From Octopus sinensis (Eukaryota): a stretch of DNA of 64,000 nucleotides. The stretch covers positions 160,766,001-160,830,000 of the forward strand of contig NC_042997.1 of assembly GCF_006345805.1 (NCBI RefSeq), in the 5' to 3' direction. The position numbers and the translations under genes were made by a program. Under the pieces are notes generated by a model, which searched no databases, was not told the DNA's origin, and saw nothing but the letters and a program-made list of their open reading frames with translations. Shown here piece after piece: positions 13,146 through 25,845 of the stretch; positions within the stretch are counted from its first letter, which is position 1; each line of letters opens with the position of its first letter.

Positions 13146-14228
13146 ACGTATATGTATGTATATGTATATGTGTTTGAGGTGTGTGTGTGTGTATGTGTGT
13201 GTGTATGTGTGCATGTGTAGTTGTTGTACATGGTTTGTCTTGAGAATGTAGTATTTTAACGGAAATGAAGGTGTTATAATATGATATTTGTTTCTACTTC
13301 GCTGTATTTTAAATTTAGCACTCGTATATAGAGGGATATGTGCTAATTATTGCGTACATAAATGATTTTATGCAGAAAATAAGAATATTTTCCACTCACA
13401 CAATTATCCTGACTATATATGTATGTGTGTGTAAGTTTGTATATTATTGCATATCAGTGAGTGTATTTGTAAATATGGATATCACTGTTTCTCGGTACTT
13501 ACTGAATTCTTTCAGATGATGATGGAACGAAAGAATAATTTCCAAAGTATTAAAAATTTTAATATTTCTTCTGAGATTGAAATTTCGAGAACTTTCGAAC
13601 AAAAACAGGAGTTCATGTTCTTCTTTCATTCCATTGCTAGAAGAACGAGGTTTTTTTTTTTTAAGAAAAAAAAAGACAAAAGCAAAAGAAAAAAGACAAG
13701 AAAATGTTGGACAAAGGAAACCATTGAATGAAGTCCAGCGATGTTTACATGAATAGGCCGTTAATAAGAGGTAATATCGTAGAAAACACGATGTCATACC
13801 ACGACCGACACTCTTTAAATGTCAACGAATGAACAAAAACCGGGGAAAAAATGTATACGTCATATTTTATTTGTCCAAAGGTCAAGTTAAAATCTTCAGA
13901 GAGGATATAAGAAGTAAAAAATGTCAAAGACAATATCAATGAGAAGAACTCTGTGAGTTACGGCAGTTTCAGTGGACATTCAGCACTGTTTGAGTTTGCC
14001 AGAACTGAGATTGCTCAAGGAAAACTTTTCGTCCGCCGTTCTAATGACCTTCAACGCTACTTAGAAAGCGGAATTGAAGAATGAAAGCCATTTTAATCAT
14101 ATCGTATATACATTTTTTGCACACAAATTCATATACATACATACACACGCACACACACACACCACACACACACCACACACAAATGTGTTTATGTATATAT
14201 ATATATATTTACATATATATATATATAT

Positions 14229-14367
<139 letters not shown>

Positions 14368-14658
14368 TGCATGTATGTGTATATTATATGTATATATTTG
14401 TATATATATACCGGTATATATTTATATTTATTTACTTCGACACGCATAAACACATATTCATATGCATATTAAATGATGCGAGTATATATCATATTTTATT
14501 ATAAATTTCTAGCGGTGCAAGAATATGTTTAGTAAACATGGACTTAGAATCTTTATGAAAATAAAAAGCGGTGCTTTAATTACGTTAGTGTTAGCATCCA
14601 GGATGAAAGATCGAATCGATTAGTTTCTGTTTTCGTAAAAGCATCATCAGGTTTTGCT

Positions 14659-14759
<101 letters not shown>

Positions 14760-15306
14760 TCGCTCTCGCTCTTTCTCTCTCTCTCCCTCTCTGCTGGGAA
14801 ATGCACTGATACTCTAGCAGAAAACGTAAACAAGATCAAAGGAAGTTTGAGCGCACTGACATAGAGGTGCAAAGTTAATTAAATGTAGCTGTTATATAGT
14901 CTTCTTGAGATTAAATTTTTAGAGTTACAGCTACATGTTGAAACCCGCTCTGCAAATGGTTATTCATTATTTAACCATGGCGTCTGTTTTCATATCATGG
15001 CGCGTGTCTGTGTTGATTTACAACTTTATATCTTCACTGCCCCCATATTAACTGAAAGCAGAAAAGATAAGCAGAACAACCAACGAGCTATCCCTTCTGC
15101 TGTCGCTCGCCCTTTTAGAAAAAACCTTTCAAATCACACCCAACTGTTTTAAAATAGGAAGAGGCACTGCTGGGATGTCTTCGATTACATTTCAAATCAT
15201 TATTATTCTAGCTTGTTTTATTAACAATACTGTATAGAACAAGATCGTGAATTATAAAATTTTGAAGACGATCAAATATTTATCTGAAGTTTCTGAAGGC
15301 TTAAAT

Positions 15307-15661
15307 CAGGGTTTCACAACCACTTTTTTTATCTATGGACCCTTTTGATTATTATTCTATTCTAGTGGACCCCATAGTCATTTGATGTTTTAAAAACTAG
15401 TCTTATAGAAACTTCTTTCAAAATCCCTATTTTGGTTTTCAAAAACTTGTGTCCTTTCAACTATGTAAAATGTTAGAGAAAGAAACTTGCTAGTCTTGCA
15501 ATACACACCAATACATAGTTCTAAGTCAAAATTTTTTCAAAGGCCCTTAAAATACTATTGAGGATCCCAAATTTACTATTTTGTTATGTGCCCCCCCCCC
15601 CCAAAAAAAAAATGCTATATGAACCCTCAGGGGCCATATAGACACTGGTTGAGAATCACTG
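15307..15661. mobile_element. hAT-like MITE, same family as 11229-11494
   Basis: Ends CAGGGTTTCACAACC / GGTTGAGAATCACTG; flanks gcttaaat/ccttaaac; shares an internal TCTATGG(A/G)CCC motif with the other copy. Confidence 0.6.
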
Positions 15662-16175
15662 CCTTAAACCAAAAATATATTTTATTTATTCACGGCCCAA
15701 CTTCATACACCTTGCGGCGTAACGCTTGAGAACCGCTGTTCGATAATCTGGTTGTATCTGATCCCATTAAGATAGTGCTTTTGTTGACTATTGAGTTGTT
15801 TTGACTTTTGTTTCTAGTAATACTGCTGTTGATTAATGCCCTTGTTCACTTTTAGTGACGTGTATATTTTTATCTACACACACAAACATACACACTCACA
15901 CAACACACACAAATACACAGACAGATAAATACAAAGATATTACAACAATAAATTAATATATTACGATACATTAAATACATTATAATATAGGTGGCTATAG
16001 CAATTAAAAACCAAAAAGGTAGAATACTTAAATAAGGATGTAAATAACACCTACAGTTGCTAGAAATAGGAGCTAAAATATATAACTCAAATAGCCACAC
16101 AAAATCACCAACCTCATGAGATATTCGAGAGATTACGTGCGGCAATCCGCATCTTTCTCCAGCGAGAATATATGT

Positions 16176-16258
<83 letters not shown>

Positions 16259-16265
16259 TTATGCT

Positions 16266-16651
16266 TTTGCTCGTTTCAGTCATTTTACTGCAGCCATGCT
16301 GGAGCACCGCCTTTTAGTCGAACAAATCGACCCCAGGACTTATTCTTTGGAAGCCTAGTACCTATTCTATCGGTCTCTTTTGCCGAACCGCTAAGTTACG
16401 GAGACGTAAACACACCACCATCGGTTGTTGGGGGAACAAACACAGACACACAAACATATATACACACGTACATATATATGCATATATACGACGGGCTTCT
16501 TTCAGTTTCCGTCTACCAAATCCATTCACAAGGCTTTGGTCAGCCCGAAGCTATAGTAGAAGACACTTACCCAAGGTGCCACGCAGTGGGAACGAACCCG
16601 GAACTATGTGACTGGTAAGCAAACTAATCACCACACAGCCACTCCTGTGCC

Positions 16652-16654
<3 letters not shown>
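16266..16654 (-). mobile_element. Long SINE family copy
   Basis: Colinear with 550-951. Confidence 0.8.
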
Positions 16655-16691
<37 letters not shown>

Positions 16692-16813
16692 CACAATCAA
16701 GGAACGGCCATAATAGGCCATTCACCCACTAGAAATAACAGCCAAAAGCTTTAACCACAAAATAACATCCAATTCCGTAAACCAGGAGAAATTTAAAAAA
16801 CATTTACCCTGTA

Positions 16814-16920
16814 ATTTCTTATACGATGCACCGTTTCGTCTACTGTTTAATGGTAAACTAACCTGATTAAATTAAATCAAGCCAATCTACCATAGGCCCT
16901 TAGATTCATCAGTAAGAAAT
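16814..16920 (-). ncRNA. Type I hammerhead ribozyme in the 495-nt monomer (left arm)
   Basis: Stem I ATTTCTTA/TAAGAAAT, core CTGATGA and GAAA, stem III ACGG-TGCA-TCGT, GUA cleavage between 16822 and 16821. The base of stem II is a non-canonical A.C. Confidence 0.75.
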
Positions 16921-17539
16921 AGCCAAGTTGGAACAGATATTTTCACGAGGCATTCTCGTCCCTGCCTCGGCAATATCTGACCTAAAATTTTCAAATCATC
17001 GCACTCGCGCCAAAGTTATCGGCAGCAAGCAAATAAATATAAGCCGCCGATTCCATTACGGAATTAACCAGAAAATTCATAATTAATCAATAAGGGTGGC
17101 CAAAAAAAATTTTGTAGAATTTTTTTGCCACCAGCGGCCTAGTGGGAAAAAATTAAATAGTCATATACCATTTTTAAGTTCAACATCACAATCAAGGAAC
17201 GGCCATAATAGGCCATTCACCCACTAGAAATAACAGCCAAAAGCTTTAACCGCAAAATAACATCAATTCCGTAAACCAGGAGAAAATTTAAAAAACATTT
17301 ACCCTGTAATTTCTTATACGATGCGGCGCTGGTGGCAAAAAAATTCTACAAAATTTTTTTTGCCACCCTATATTGATTAATTATGAATTTTCTGGTTAAT
17401 TCCGTAATGGAATCGGCGGCTTATATTTATTTGCTGCCGATAAATTTGGCGCGAGTGCGATGATTTGAAAATTTTAGGTCAGATATTGCCGAGGCAGGGA
17501 CGAGAATGCCTCGTGAAAAATATCTGTTCCAACTTGGCT

Positions 17540-17646
17540 ATTTCTTACTGATGAATCTAAGGGCCTATAGTAGATTGGCTTGATTTAATTTAATCAGGTT
17601 AGTTTACCATTAAACAGTAGACGAAACGGTGCATCGTATAAGAAAT
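17540..17646 (+). ncRNA. Type I hammerhead ribozyme in the 495-nt monomer (right arm)
   Basis: atttctta(17540-47) CTGATGA(17548-54) atcta..tagac GAAA(17623-26) cggtgcatc GTA(17636-38) taagaaat(17639-46). Confidence 0.75.
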
Positions 17647-18640
17647 TACAGGGTAAATGTTTTTTAAATTTTCTCCTGGTTTACGGAATTGATGTTATTT
17701 GCGGTTAAAGCTTTGGCTGTTATTTCTAGTGGGTGAATGGCTATTATGCCGTCCTTGATTGTGATGTTGAACTTAAAAATGGTATATGACTATTTAATTT
17801 TTTCCCACTAGGCCGCTGGTGGCAAAAAAATTCTACAAAATTTTTTTTGCCACCCTATATTGATTAATTATGAATATATATATAATGAAAAATGCATAAA
17901 ATACTGAAAAGCGTACACGTAGGACAGACATTAGGACGGTAATTCTTCATTAGTTGTCGAATGAAAATACTATTACCTAGTTTCATGCCTTTAGCGATAA
18001 GTCTAGGAACTTCGTATATTGGCGGCACCCGCAAGATTTGCGTAGAATTAGGGCTCGAGCAAATAAAATGTACAAGGCGGACGTACTAAAATAATTTGAA
18101 ACGACAGACGAAAACACACACATGCACATATATGAATATATATACAATATATATATATATTTAATGTACATATATGACATTCGTTTCCCTACATATAATG
18201 AACATTAATTATGAGCAGTATGATGTAGGTGTGTGCATGTGTGCTTGCATGCGTGCGTGCATGTGTCCGTGCGTGTGGTGTGCATGTGTGTGAGTGTGTT
18301 TGTGCGTGTGTGTACGTGCGCATGGGTGTTCCTTCTGAAAATTTCTCTTTTGAAGGTAATGTATTATAAACCGTACACTGTTCGATAAATTAAGTCATAT
18401 CTTATCCCCTGGATGCCACTCGGAACAGGATAAAGACTTTCTCAGAAACGGAAAAAAAAAACTTAATATTATAAGCCCGAAGCTGAAAATGCATCACTCA
18501 TTTATTATTCGCTTAGCTAATTGTTATATAGGTTCCATACATACAGACAACATATCCAAGATTCTCTTTTACTTCACTTGGCACAATGGTAAATAGACTG
18601 AGGTCACAAGACAAAAGGCTCGTTGATGACAAAGCGAATT

Positions 18641-18731
<91 letters not shown>

Positions 18732-19207
18732 TACGTATAATTTTTTAAATAATTACATATATGGCTTCTTTCCCCATGCCAAAACGTATTTCATAGAGCC
18801 CACTGTTTTAAATGTTTTTACATATATAAAAGAAGTAGCAGAAAAAGTTTTGTAGGGAGAACCAGTAATATCGGCTACGTGTTAAAGTGAGATGGGGTGC
18901 ATGGAAGCACCGTTATGACTAGGAAAACTAACGATCTTTAACTGGAGAGCAATCTGATCAGGTTGTTACAATGTCCTTATCAGCCATGTTATAAATTTGA
19001 CTAAACTCGTATTCCCGTACTTCTACTTACTGTAGATGATAGACGATGGGCTTTGAAAGGCATCTGACATACCATTTCATTTCTGTTCATGTGTGTGTAC
19101 GTACAAACAACCATACAATACAACTCACACATGCACCAATGGTCGCTTTGTTTACAATACATTGCTAGCTGGAGCGGACTCTGACCGTCTCTCTGGCGAT
19201 CAGGTGT

Positions 19208-19256
19208 TCGCGACTGAAGATGAGCAGACTAGCTCGAAAATGACTCATTCTCACGA
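19208..19256 (+). ncRNA. Compact type I hammerhead ribozyme within a structured segment (19161-19305)
   Basis: tcgcga-CTGAAGA-T-GAGC/GCTC stem II-GAAA-stem III AATG/CATT-UUC cleavage after 19250-tcacga; stem I has 5 of 6 pairs. Confidence 0.7.
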
Positions 19257-19451
19257 TTCTGTCATCTGCTGAAGGACAGTAGGGGTTTACTCCCCTGCTA
19301 GCAATATATATGTACAGGGTGCAGGATTGTACCGATAACCAGCTGGCGGAAGATATGCCGGGGGTTAAACTTTTGATGTGACGATTAACTTTACTTGTTA
19401 GTATAGTTACTAATCTGATCTTTTCTTGAGATTTTACAACTAGCTACTTTG

Positions 19452-19490
<39 letters not shown>

Positions 19491-19520
19491 CATATATATT
19501 CCATATATATTCCAAAGCAC

Positions 19521-19925
19521 AAGAGTGGCTATGTGGTAAGTAGCTTGCTTACCAACCACATGGTTTCGGGTTCAGTCCCACTGCGTGGCACCTTGGGCAA
19601 GTGTCTTCTACTATAGCCTCGGGCTGACCAAATCCTTGTGAGTGGATTTGGTAGACGCAAACTGAAAGAAGCCCGTCAATAATATGTATATGTATATGTA
19701 TGTGTGTGTATACGTTTGTGTGTCTGTGTTTGTCACCCCAACATCGCTTGACAACCGATGGTGGTGTGTTTGCGTCCCCGTAACTTAGCGGTTCAGCAAA
19801 TGTGACCGATAGAACAAGTACTAGGCTTACAAAGAATAAGTCCTGAGGTCGATTTGCTCCACGAAAGACGGTGCTCCAGCATGGCCGCAGTCAAATGACT
19901 GAAACAAGTAAAGCGAGTAAGAGTA
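19521..19925 (+). mobile_element. Long SINE family copy
   Basis: GAGTGGCTATGTGGTAAGTAGC head through the TGACTGAAACAAGTAAAGCGAGTAAAGAGTA tail. Confidence 0.85.
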
Positions 19926-19928
19926 TAT

Positions 19929-19985
<57 letters not shown>

Positions 19986-20089
19986 TATGTAACGGGAAGC
20001 TTTATGAAAATAAACAAAAGACGAAGGCAGGTGGAATACAAACGAACAATTGTATTAGTATGGCGCTCAGGAATAGAAATAAAACAAGT

Positions 20090-20125
20090 CTTTTACGTTT
20101 CGAGCCTACGATCTTCAACAGAAAG
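20090..20125 (-). ncRNA. Minimal hammerhead-like motif with CUGUUGA core variant
   Basis: cttt-CTGTTGA-A-GATC/GCTC-GAAA-CGTA-aaag; same short repeat family as 47940-47975. Confidence 0.45.
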
Positions 20126-20519
20126 ATACACAGAAAAGAAACACGGAGAGAAACAAGCAGAGAAAAAAATGCGTGCAGAAGCTAGCGAATCAACATGGCG
20201 ATCTTATAGATATATGTATATATGTAAGCACTAGGTTTCCAAATAATAAATCCTGGGGTCGATTTGCTCGACTAAAGGCGGTGATCCAGCATGGCCACAG
20301 TCAAATGACTGAAACAAGTAAAAGCGAGTAAAGAGTATATTCCGTTTAAGGCATTATTCCCTAGGTTCCCAAGGTTTTTTTATGATACTTTGTTTAAGGG
20401 ATTCCTTTCAGTTCCGTATGAATATATATAAATAAATAAAAATCATTGGAAGAATCAATTTATTAGACGGAGTCCAATAAGTGTCATCAAATAAATGGAA
20501 TAGGTTTTGATGCTAATAT

Positions 20520-20905
20520 GGAATATGAAGACGCACGCTGGAAAGCGGAACATTTTCCAATCGAAGTCGGATGTAGAGGGTTTGTTGGACACAGCGTGAG
20601 ACGACTGTTGTTATCGCTAGGCCTAACTCATCGTAAAGTCAATACCACCATGACTGATATCCAATCTACAGTGGAGAGGGCTAGCCACTGGATTTGGTTA
20701 AAAAGAGACGATGAGCGATGGCTAGAAGGATATTGAGTTTAACTTTATAACCAGCTGATCTAGCAAGCGGGGCCTCATTTCAGTGAGGGGGCCCGGTGCG
20801 CATTGATGCCGTCGAGAGATAGGCCCCGAAACGGTATACGGAGCTTTTGACTGGTAGCACTTGCATGTGCAAGTTGTTTGCAAGACATTTAACCAGACAG
20901 CTATT
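20520..20905 (+). mobile_element. 5'-truncated RLE-type non-LTR retrotransposon, Hero-like (C-terminus plus GC-rich 3'UTR)
   Basis: WKAEHFPIEVGCRGFVGHS..LG..VERASHWIWLKRDD..W matches the P(I/V)EVGCRGF..S.W.W.(K/R)R C-terminal pattern I associate with Hero-clade elements. Confidence 0.7.
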
Positions 20906-21434
20906 CCTGTCACAAAAAAACCGTATTTCAGGAATACAATTGAAGAACAGGTTATTTCGACAAAAGTAATACACATTATTATATTAAGTCATTCGGAACT
21001 CATCAGTGGATAATAATTAAATATTATGTTATCTGTAAGAGTGCACATTTCTACACAAAGCTGTGTCTCCAAAAGTTAATTCGCAATATATTAATTGTTG
21101 TTATAGTTGTCGTTAACCATATGATTCAGAGTCATTCCTACCATGACCATCAAGTATTTTCTTCCAATGATTTTTATCTATATATATAGAGAGAGTTAGA
21201 CAGGCACATATATATATATTGTTTTCCTTGTGTCAGTCATTGAACTACAGCCGTGCTGGGTCATCGACTTCAAAGGTCTAGTCGAATAAATCGACCCCAG
21301 TATTTATTTTATTTAAGCCTGGCTCTTATTCTGTCGGTCTGTTTTACCGAACCGATTGTTAAGGGAAGATAAACAAGCCAGTACTGCTTATCAAGTGTAG
21401 TGGAGACAAAATACAAAGACACCCGCTGAGATAT

Positions 21435-21698
21435 ATTTGTGTGTGTGTGCGTGCATGTGTGTGTGCGTGCATGCGTGTGTGCGTGCATGTGTGTGTGAGT
21501 GCATGTGTGTGTGCGTGCATGTGTGTGTGCGTGCATGTGTGTGTGTGCGTGCATGTGTGTGTGCGTGCATGTGCATGCATGTGTGTGTGCGTGCATGTGT
21601 GTGTGTGCATGTGTGCGTGCGTGCATGTGTGTGTTTGTGTGTATGTGCGCATGCGTGTGTGCATCTGTGCGTCTGTGTGTGTGTGTGTGTGTGTGTGT
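21435..21698. repeat. (GTGTGCGTGCAT)-type minisatellite
   Basis: Direct reading; 10-14 bp variant units. Confidence 0.9.
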
Positions 21699-24582
21699 TT
21701 CTCGAAATTCCCTGCAAATCTTGAGGTGAATGTGGGCTGTTAGAAGACACTTGCCCATGGTACCATACCGTGTGATTGAACTCCCAAACCATGTGATTAT
21801 AAAGCGAATTTCTTAATCACATCGACATGCCTCTGTCTTTTGATACATCTTTTAAAGTTGGACTCCTGGGAAATATTCTTGAGGAAGTTATATTTCATGT
21901 GACGTCTCTTAGTCACTGAAATATGAAGTTTCGGCTATTAATTTGTTGGCGTTGCTGCTACTGCTGCTGCTGTTGCTACTGTTATTATTTCTTTTTAATC
22001 GCATGTTAGCACTGATTAATCAAACATGATCAAAACCTTGTAGCCATGACATTTTCATCTTTATATAATTTCAAACATAGTGTTTCAAAAGTCCAATTTC
22101 TAATTCATCATTCCGACTTCATTGCAGATATGAATTAAAATGAATTCAATCGGTATTGGTAACAGATCAAGTTAACATGTAGAATCTCCAGCACAAGCTC
22201 TTTTCTTCTGTCGCCTAGTGTGCCTCAGTCAGTGCAATAACAAGACTGTTCAAAGAATGAACCATGAGACTAATCACCTTAGTTCTAGTGGGGAGAAAAG
22301 TCCTTCACCAAAAAAGTGACAAGGTTTTCTTTCTTTCTTTGCGTCAAAGCAGTTGCAGGAATATGTGAGTCAGCGTGTATTTCAGTAGTGTGTACAGATG
22401 CCTTTTTACTACAAAAGTATGTGTGATTACTCTATATGCCTACGAATGTGTTTGTTATATGCTTATGTTGTCGTGTGCATGTGTTCATCACAGAAAGTTG
22501 AAAGGGAGATTCTTCACTGCACAACTAATCGATTTTTGTATTCAGAGTAGGCGAACCAGCTTCAACTGCTTTGCTTTTTCTCGAAAACACTTAGATTTCC
22601 TGTTTGCTTTTGTTTTGTTTGTTCTTTAACGAAAATGTGTTGTTAAATAACCCCGTGCAGCTACGATGTGTACACAAGGAAATCTATAGCCTGTTAGTCC
22701 ATCAGTGATGTTCTCTTTTACAACATCTTTAAATGAGACCGGCACATCCGCGAAGCTGATTTTTAGAACAGTACTTTTTAGTTCCCTGTCCCGCAGGACG
22801 ATATCACGCTCGTTGTATTTGCACCAGTCTGCTGTTTCATTGAAATACTCCATAAGCATTCCTTGTTTTTAAAGATGTGGATACATTTTGGTTCTAGTAT
22901 GTCTTTGGTATAACTCTCAGATAAATCCTACTGTATGTTAATCAAAATGTTTCTATGAATGTTTAGGTTTTTCTTTGTCTCGTATAAATTCATATAAAGA
23001 AATTCGTTTTCTGGTACTCACTGTAATACATTGTACCTATTAAAGTAATGTTGTTGAAGGAGGCAGCCAGAGAACTTTGTTTTAGCTTGAATCACCCAAT
23101 ATGATAGCCGAATGTCTCTCAAGTCACATAGGAAGTGTAACAGATAAAATAAATATAATTATCGTAAACAAATAAAAAAAGCTCAATGTTTCGGGTTATA
23201 TGCCCTTAATCGAGGAAGAGTAAGCTTTCAATAAAAAAAAAATACTGCATCCGAAATATATCTATGAAAAGGTCACCTTAGATAATGTAGCCTGACGGGA
23301 AGATAACTACAGGAATGCCTTTGTTTACAGGCCTGCTCAATCAACGCTGAACGGGGGAAGACAATAGCAACAACAGCAGCAGCAGCAACAGCAACGAAAT
23401 CAATTGTTTATGGATTTGAATTTGAAAAATTCAGGCTAGCTATTTCTAATCTTTCTTTAGAAATCCAACTCCTCAAGGTTACTGCAAAGACTTTTGATTA
23501 TATAACCAACTGGTTCAATGTTTATAGGTATAAACCAGATAACAATAGACGCGAGTTCTGCATCAGATGAACATAAAGATTCACCTTTTCACTGACTTTT
23601 GATCAGTAAATGATCAGCTGGGAATTAGATTTCCGCAACAGTACATATTCATGCTCTCTGTGTCAGAGAACAATATCTGGTCTTTTATGCAATCATTTGA
23701 TAGGAGTTTTAAATGGAATGTTCCACCAATATTTCATGTATTCTTCAATAGATATTTTTTCTCTCTCTCTATTTCCTCTTAAGCAATCCTTCTTTCGAAT
23801 GACATTGTATACACGTTTTTGCTATCATGTCATGCCTCGTAGGAAGTTTTAATCTTGCTGACATTTTCGGACGAATTCGCCGGTTTATTGAAAACGTAAG
23901 ATGAGTGCTATTTGAATTGGAAGTAGATTCAAGGTGGAGAATAATGGGCATAGAGAAAATGTATTTCAGGTTTTCTAAAGTAGAAAACGGGACTGGTATA
24001 AACCTGGAGAGTTACACAAATTGCGTGGAGCGGGGACATTAAATGCTATACAGTTATAGGAGGTGTACAGGACTGTAATAAAGACATAAAGTCACTAGAC
24101 TGGTATTGAAAACTGACAAAAAGGAATTTTCAATGCTTGACATTTTATATTGATCCTACCGAGATTGTGTAAACTTATGACGTTGTGTCTAAGACCGAAC
24201 AGAAGTGAGATAAGATCAAAATAGAGAATAAAAAAATAAGTATAACAATGATTATTGCAGCACACGCCAATATTCATATATATATATACATAGGTATTCA
24301 TGTTCTTTTTACAGATTGGATTGCGTCACAAATTGTAGATATAAAGCATCAGGTTAAGTTATTGTTTTCTTAAGGTTATGCAACCCACCTAACCGCGATA
24401 TATGTATGTATATTTATATATATATATATGCATGCTTGTGCGCATACATATATATGTAAAAGTATAAATATACTTACACACGCGTGCACACATACATACA
24501 TATGCATTCGTGGGGATGGGTGCTTGTGTACAAATATACATAAACACATTCATATAAAGTGCATGAGCATTCGTATATATAT

Positions 24583-24627
<45 letters not shown>

Positions 24628-24978
24628 AAAAAGAAGTGCAAGATAGAAAATGCTAAAATAATTTTATAAAAAACATTTCAGTCATTGAGACTTTTTCAAC
24701 TGTAAGTATGGAAAACAATTAAATTTAGAAAAATTAGAATAAAATTTTTTTAAAAGAATATTTGTATAGTGTTCAAATACAAGAGGCATTTTCCTTGTTT
24801 CTGCCTGTCTCTGACTCTCTTCTATACTCTTGTGGGTTCGAGGTCGTTGTGAATATATATATATATATATAAATATGCATATATATATGTATATATATAT
24901 TCAAAATGTGACCGCTTGTGTACCGTTGACGATTTTTTTCCCTCTGTCTTCCCTTCTCTGGATCTTTCCTTCTCCCAT

Positions 24979-25013
24979 GTTTCCGACGAAGAGCTCCGCT
25001 CGAAACGTTAAGC
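24979..25013 (+). ncRNA. Minimal hammerhead motif, mutated (U4C)
   Basis: gttt-CCGACGA-A-GAGC-tcc-GCTC-GAAA-CGTT-aagc; loopless palindromic stem III ACGT. Confidence 0.55.
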
Positions 25014-25122
25014 CCTCCTTCTTTCCTTCTTTCCTGAGCCTCCAATAATACTATATTTGTTCCACGTCCTCGCGTTGTTGTTGTTTTTTTTTTGTGCTTT
25101 CATGTTTGGATTAAACTCTATG

Positions 25123-25153
<31 letters not shown>

Positions 25154-25240
25154 TTATTATATATTAAGTATATACGTATGTATGTATGCACACCACAACA
25201 CACACACAATACATATAATATATATATTTATTTTATTTAT

Positions 25241-25328
<88 letters not shown>

Positions 25329-25732
25329 AACGTACATGCATACACATGACTGTATGTCTGGTAGATGTTAGCGGAAAAAGTGTTAGTATTGCTTCTTCAA
25401 TGTGACTGAGTTTTGAAAATTCATCATTCCATCAACATGATCGATTCATCATCTTTCTCTTCTCTTAAATCTACATCTGTTCCTGATATCTCTTTAAAGA
25501 GAGGATACGCTCGATCCAACAACCTTTATAATTAACGACAAACATTTGGAAATCTTTGCCATCTCTTTACTTTGTCCCGATTGCCAAACCGTAAAATTAC
25601 TTGTAATAAACGAATTCTCATTCTGTCGTCGTCAGCTGATTCGTAATTCTTCATCTTGATAGTTGCTCCAAAGTAGCTTCCCAGCCCTCACCAGATATAT
25701 ATATATATGTATATATATATATATTATCTATC

Positions 25733-25831
<99 letters not shown>

Positions 25832-25845
25832 CAGAGAGGTAGATA

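Larger units (their letters stand above)
16691..17875. repeat. 495-bp tandem monomer: about 1.3 copies (16691-17324) followed by about 1.1 copies inverted (17327-17875), flanked by (TA)n
   Basis: TCACAATCAAGGAACGGCC recurs at 16691 and 17186. The 17327-17875 segment is the reverse complement of the same unit apart from small indels. Confidence 0.92.

Noticed and set aside
13440-14060. Possible decayed mariner-like sequence
   Set aside because: No recognisable transposase motif or terminal repeats could be established.
16691-17875. Reading the 495-bp unit as a Helitron because a hairpin is followed by CTAG-T (17095-17143)
   Set aside because: The junction is not CTAG|TC and no A|T insertion boundary is seen. 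The complete hammerhead at monomer spacing explains the unit better.
19025-19063. 33-nt minus-strand micro-exon (MPFKAHRLSST) with ACA|GTAAGT donor
   Set aside because: The acceptor lacks a polypyrimidine tract, so a chance match is likely.
20751-20855. Hero 3'UTR as a hammerhead (CTGATC...CCGAAAC)
   Set aside because: The core reads CTGATCT rather than CTGANGA, and no stem III with an NUH site follows.
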